Translations under genes and position numbers: made by a program | Notes under the pieces: generated by a model | What the model saw: only the letters and a program-made list of their open reading frames with translations | What the model was told of the DNA's origin: nothing | Database searches by the model: none | Assembly (NCBI GenBank): GCA_036172245.1 | Contig: JAYWIR010000026.1 | Location: forward strand, 1,860,001 to 1,924,000 | Direction of reading: 5' to 3' | Length of the DNA stretch: 64,000 bases | From: Raillietiella orientalis | Lineage: Eukaryota | Shown here: positions 61,801 through 64,000 of the stretch, piece by piece | How the letters are laid out: every line of letters starts with the position of its first letter | Numbering within the stretch: the stretch's first letter is position 1

Positions 61801-64000
61801 CAGACACCACCCGCTCCCACACTGGAGGGATGGGGGACGACAGACACCCAGGGGTTCTTCCTTTCTCCTCCCGCAAGGAAGGAGATCTCTGGAGGAAGGG
61901 GGACGCTCGAGTTAGCGCCGGGGGGATGGTCGGGCGGCGCAGGAAGCGAAGGGGACAGCGGACCGCTCCCGAGGGGCTGTCGGAGCCGCGCTCCCGTTTC
62001 TCGCCTCCACAACCGGGATCAGATGGCATGCGTTTTCCCTTTCCTTCTCCCTCTTCCTCCTCCTCTTCCTCCTGCCTCCCGCAACCTACAGCTTCCGGGC
62101 GAAAAACCAGGGCTAGGGTGGTCCCGCCTTCCCATTCCTCCTCCTTTCCTTTGCTCCTTCCCGTTTTCCCCTCTCCCGTTGCGCCCCATGAAGAAGAGTT
62201 TCCCCGTCCTGTCCCGCTCCCGATCCGGACGGATCCCGCGTTTATGAGTCCCACTCATGCAATGGCCTCCATCCCACCTCTTTCCTATCTTCGGAGGCTC
62301 CCGCGAGGACTCTCTGCGAGCCTCTCGCCCTCCTCCTCCTTTCATCCGGCTGATGAGTGGCTCCGGGCTTCCAGAGGACTTTCGAGCACCCGGGAGGAGC
62401 GTCCGCTCACGCGACCGTCCGATAATGCCGCCGGGAGCGCGCCGGGAAGGCTTCTTACTCAAAGGGAGTAGAAGGAGCGGCAAGCACCTGTTCCGGCATC
62501 AAGCGGGGGAGGGGAGGGAAAGAGGGGGGAAGGAAGAAAGAGGGGGGATCCTCTGCAAGCAATACGTGATCGATTCGGGAACCGACGCCGTCCGGAATGG
62601 AGGAGGAAGATCAGGGCGGAGATCCCCTGCGAAGGGGGAAAGATCACGCGATCCTTTGGGAGGGAAGGCGTCTCCCGCCATCTTGGATGAGGCCGGCCCC
62701 CGGAGCTGCGTACGATCGATCGGCACCTTCGCGTTTTGGGCAGGAAGGGCCTTCGGCGTCGGGGAAGGAGGGGAGAAGAGGGGAGGAAGCTACTCGAGGG
62801 GTGGAGGGACCCCTCGCCTGATTCCGGGGTGGAAGAGGGTGAGGGACGCCGGAAGCCTTCCGGACCTTATGGACCCTGGAGAAGGGGCAGTTCTCCCTGC
62901 GAAAGAATGCACGTTCGACACCTGCGCCGACCTCAATCCCAGAATCCGCGGTCCATTTCCTTCCGCCTCATTGCTCGGGGTCTTTTGGTTGTAGGGGGAA
63001 AAGGAGCGGTCGGGAGACGTGGATCTCGGCGCGCAGCCCACGTGGACGGGACGGAGGAGACGCATGCGCTTTCCCTGCGGCGGACGGGAACGCCTCCCTG
63101 AGGACTCCGCTCCTGCTTCCTGCGGGTCCCAGCAGGGAGGACCCCGCGGCATGTCACGATCCTTCTGTGACAGGCCTCCTTCCACCCTTCTGCTTCGTGA
63201 GTGGCAGCAGAAACCGAAGCAGAAACCAGCAGCTCCCTTCCAATGGTCCATTTCCTTGGAAACCGTCCTTACCACCTCCGAAAATGAGCCGCCGGTTCCA
63301 GAACACTGCGGAACGTCTCTGAGGGTCACGCTGGCTGCTTAGCAGCGCACCTAGCAGTCTCCCGTCCCGCTAATCCACGCGGCGACCGGGAGCGGCTGGC
63401 TGTGAAGAGGAGTAGAGATTCCCGTCTCCCCTCCGGGCCACAAGTTCCCGATAAGCGGCGCCGGGAACCGCGTCCCGACATGTCGAGATCTCATTCCAGG
63501 ATCACAGTCGGCGCATGCGAGAGACGGAAGCTGCGAGTTCCGTTGGCATTGGAAAAGTGGGAACCTGGAGTTACCTAGAGGGGAATCCCCTCCTCCCTCC
63601 CCAGATGTCTTTGGAAGACGGATGTGCCGTGCAGGAGGTCGTCCAGAGACGGCAGCGCGCGTCTTCCGCGCTGGCGCGACGGCGCCTCAAGGGGTAATGT
63701 GACGCTCCCCCTCAATCTTGCACGCGCGCGTGGCTTACGAGCGCGCAGCTGCTGTCGCCGCCGCGTAAAAGACACCGACAAAGAGAAGGAGGAGGTGGAG
63801 GAAGAGTTTCCCTCGACATCGCCACCATTCCTCCCCTTCCCCTGGGACAGCTTCCGGGATCTGCTAATGCAACTGGCAGAGCAGTCCCTCCTCCGGCAGG
63901 AAATCTCTATGCCGAAGAAAACTCTCCTCTGCGTCTGGACCAAGGGAGTTCTCTTCCTTCCTCATCCGAATCTGCGGCGTGGTGCGAGTGCCGTCTTGCT

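Noticed and set aside
63760..64000. Plus-strand frame open to the window edge (PWDSFRDLLMQLAEQSLLRQE)
   Set aside because: Truncated by the window, with no start, splice or domain evidence.

Overview
Eukaryotic (animal, probably non-insect arthropod) genomic DNA made of two very different compartments. (1) About 1-9.1 kb is moderately AT-rich. It holds a complete, spliced, cobalamin-dependent methionine synthase gene (MTR/metH, minus strand, 2486-7474). I reconstructed it by hand as 22 exons encoding about 1252 aa; 18 of its 21 introns are only 37-54 nt, and the gene body is strongly CpG-depleted. (2) About 9.2-64 kb is GC- and CpG-rich. It is mostly one Sidestep-family immunoglobulin-superfamily gene (minus strand, 13131-58650, 14 coding exons, about 833 aa: signal peptide, 5 Ig, FN3, TM, NPDVIP motif, C-terminal ESSV PDZ-type motif) with introns of 0.18-10.6 kb. 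Its introns carry a decayed L1/Tx1-like LINE 3' fragment, a tRNA-like relic, a long imperfect inverted repeat, microsatellites and GCGC-rich islands. Nearly all long six-frame ORFs in the GC-rich part are compositional artefacts. I found no CRISPR array, prokaryotic operon or clearly new system. The best leads are the two-compartment architecture, a double-hairpin MTR intron, non-canonical or alternative splicing of the Sidestep tail, a candidate 24-nt microexon and the intron-1 inverted repeat.
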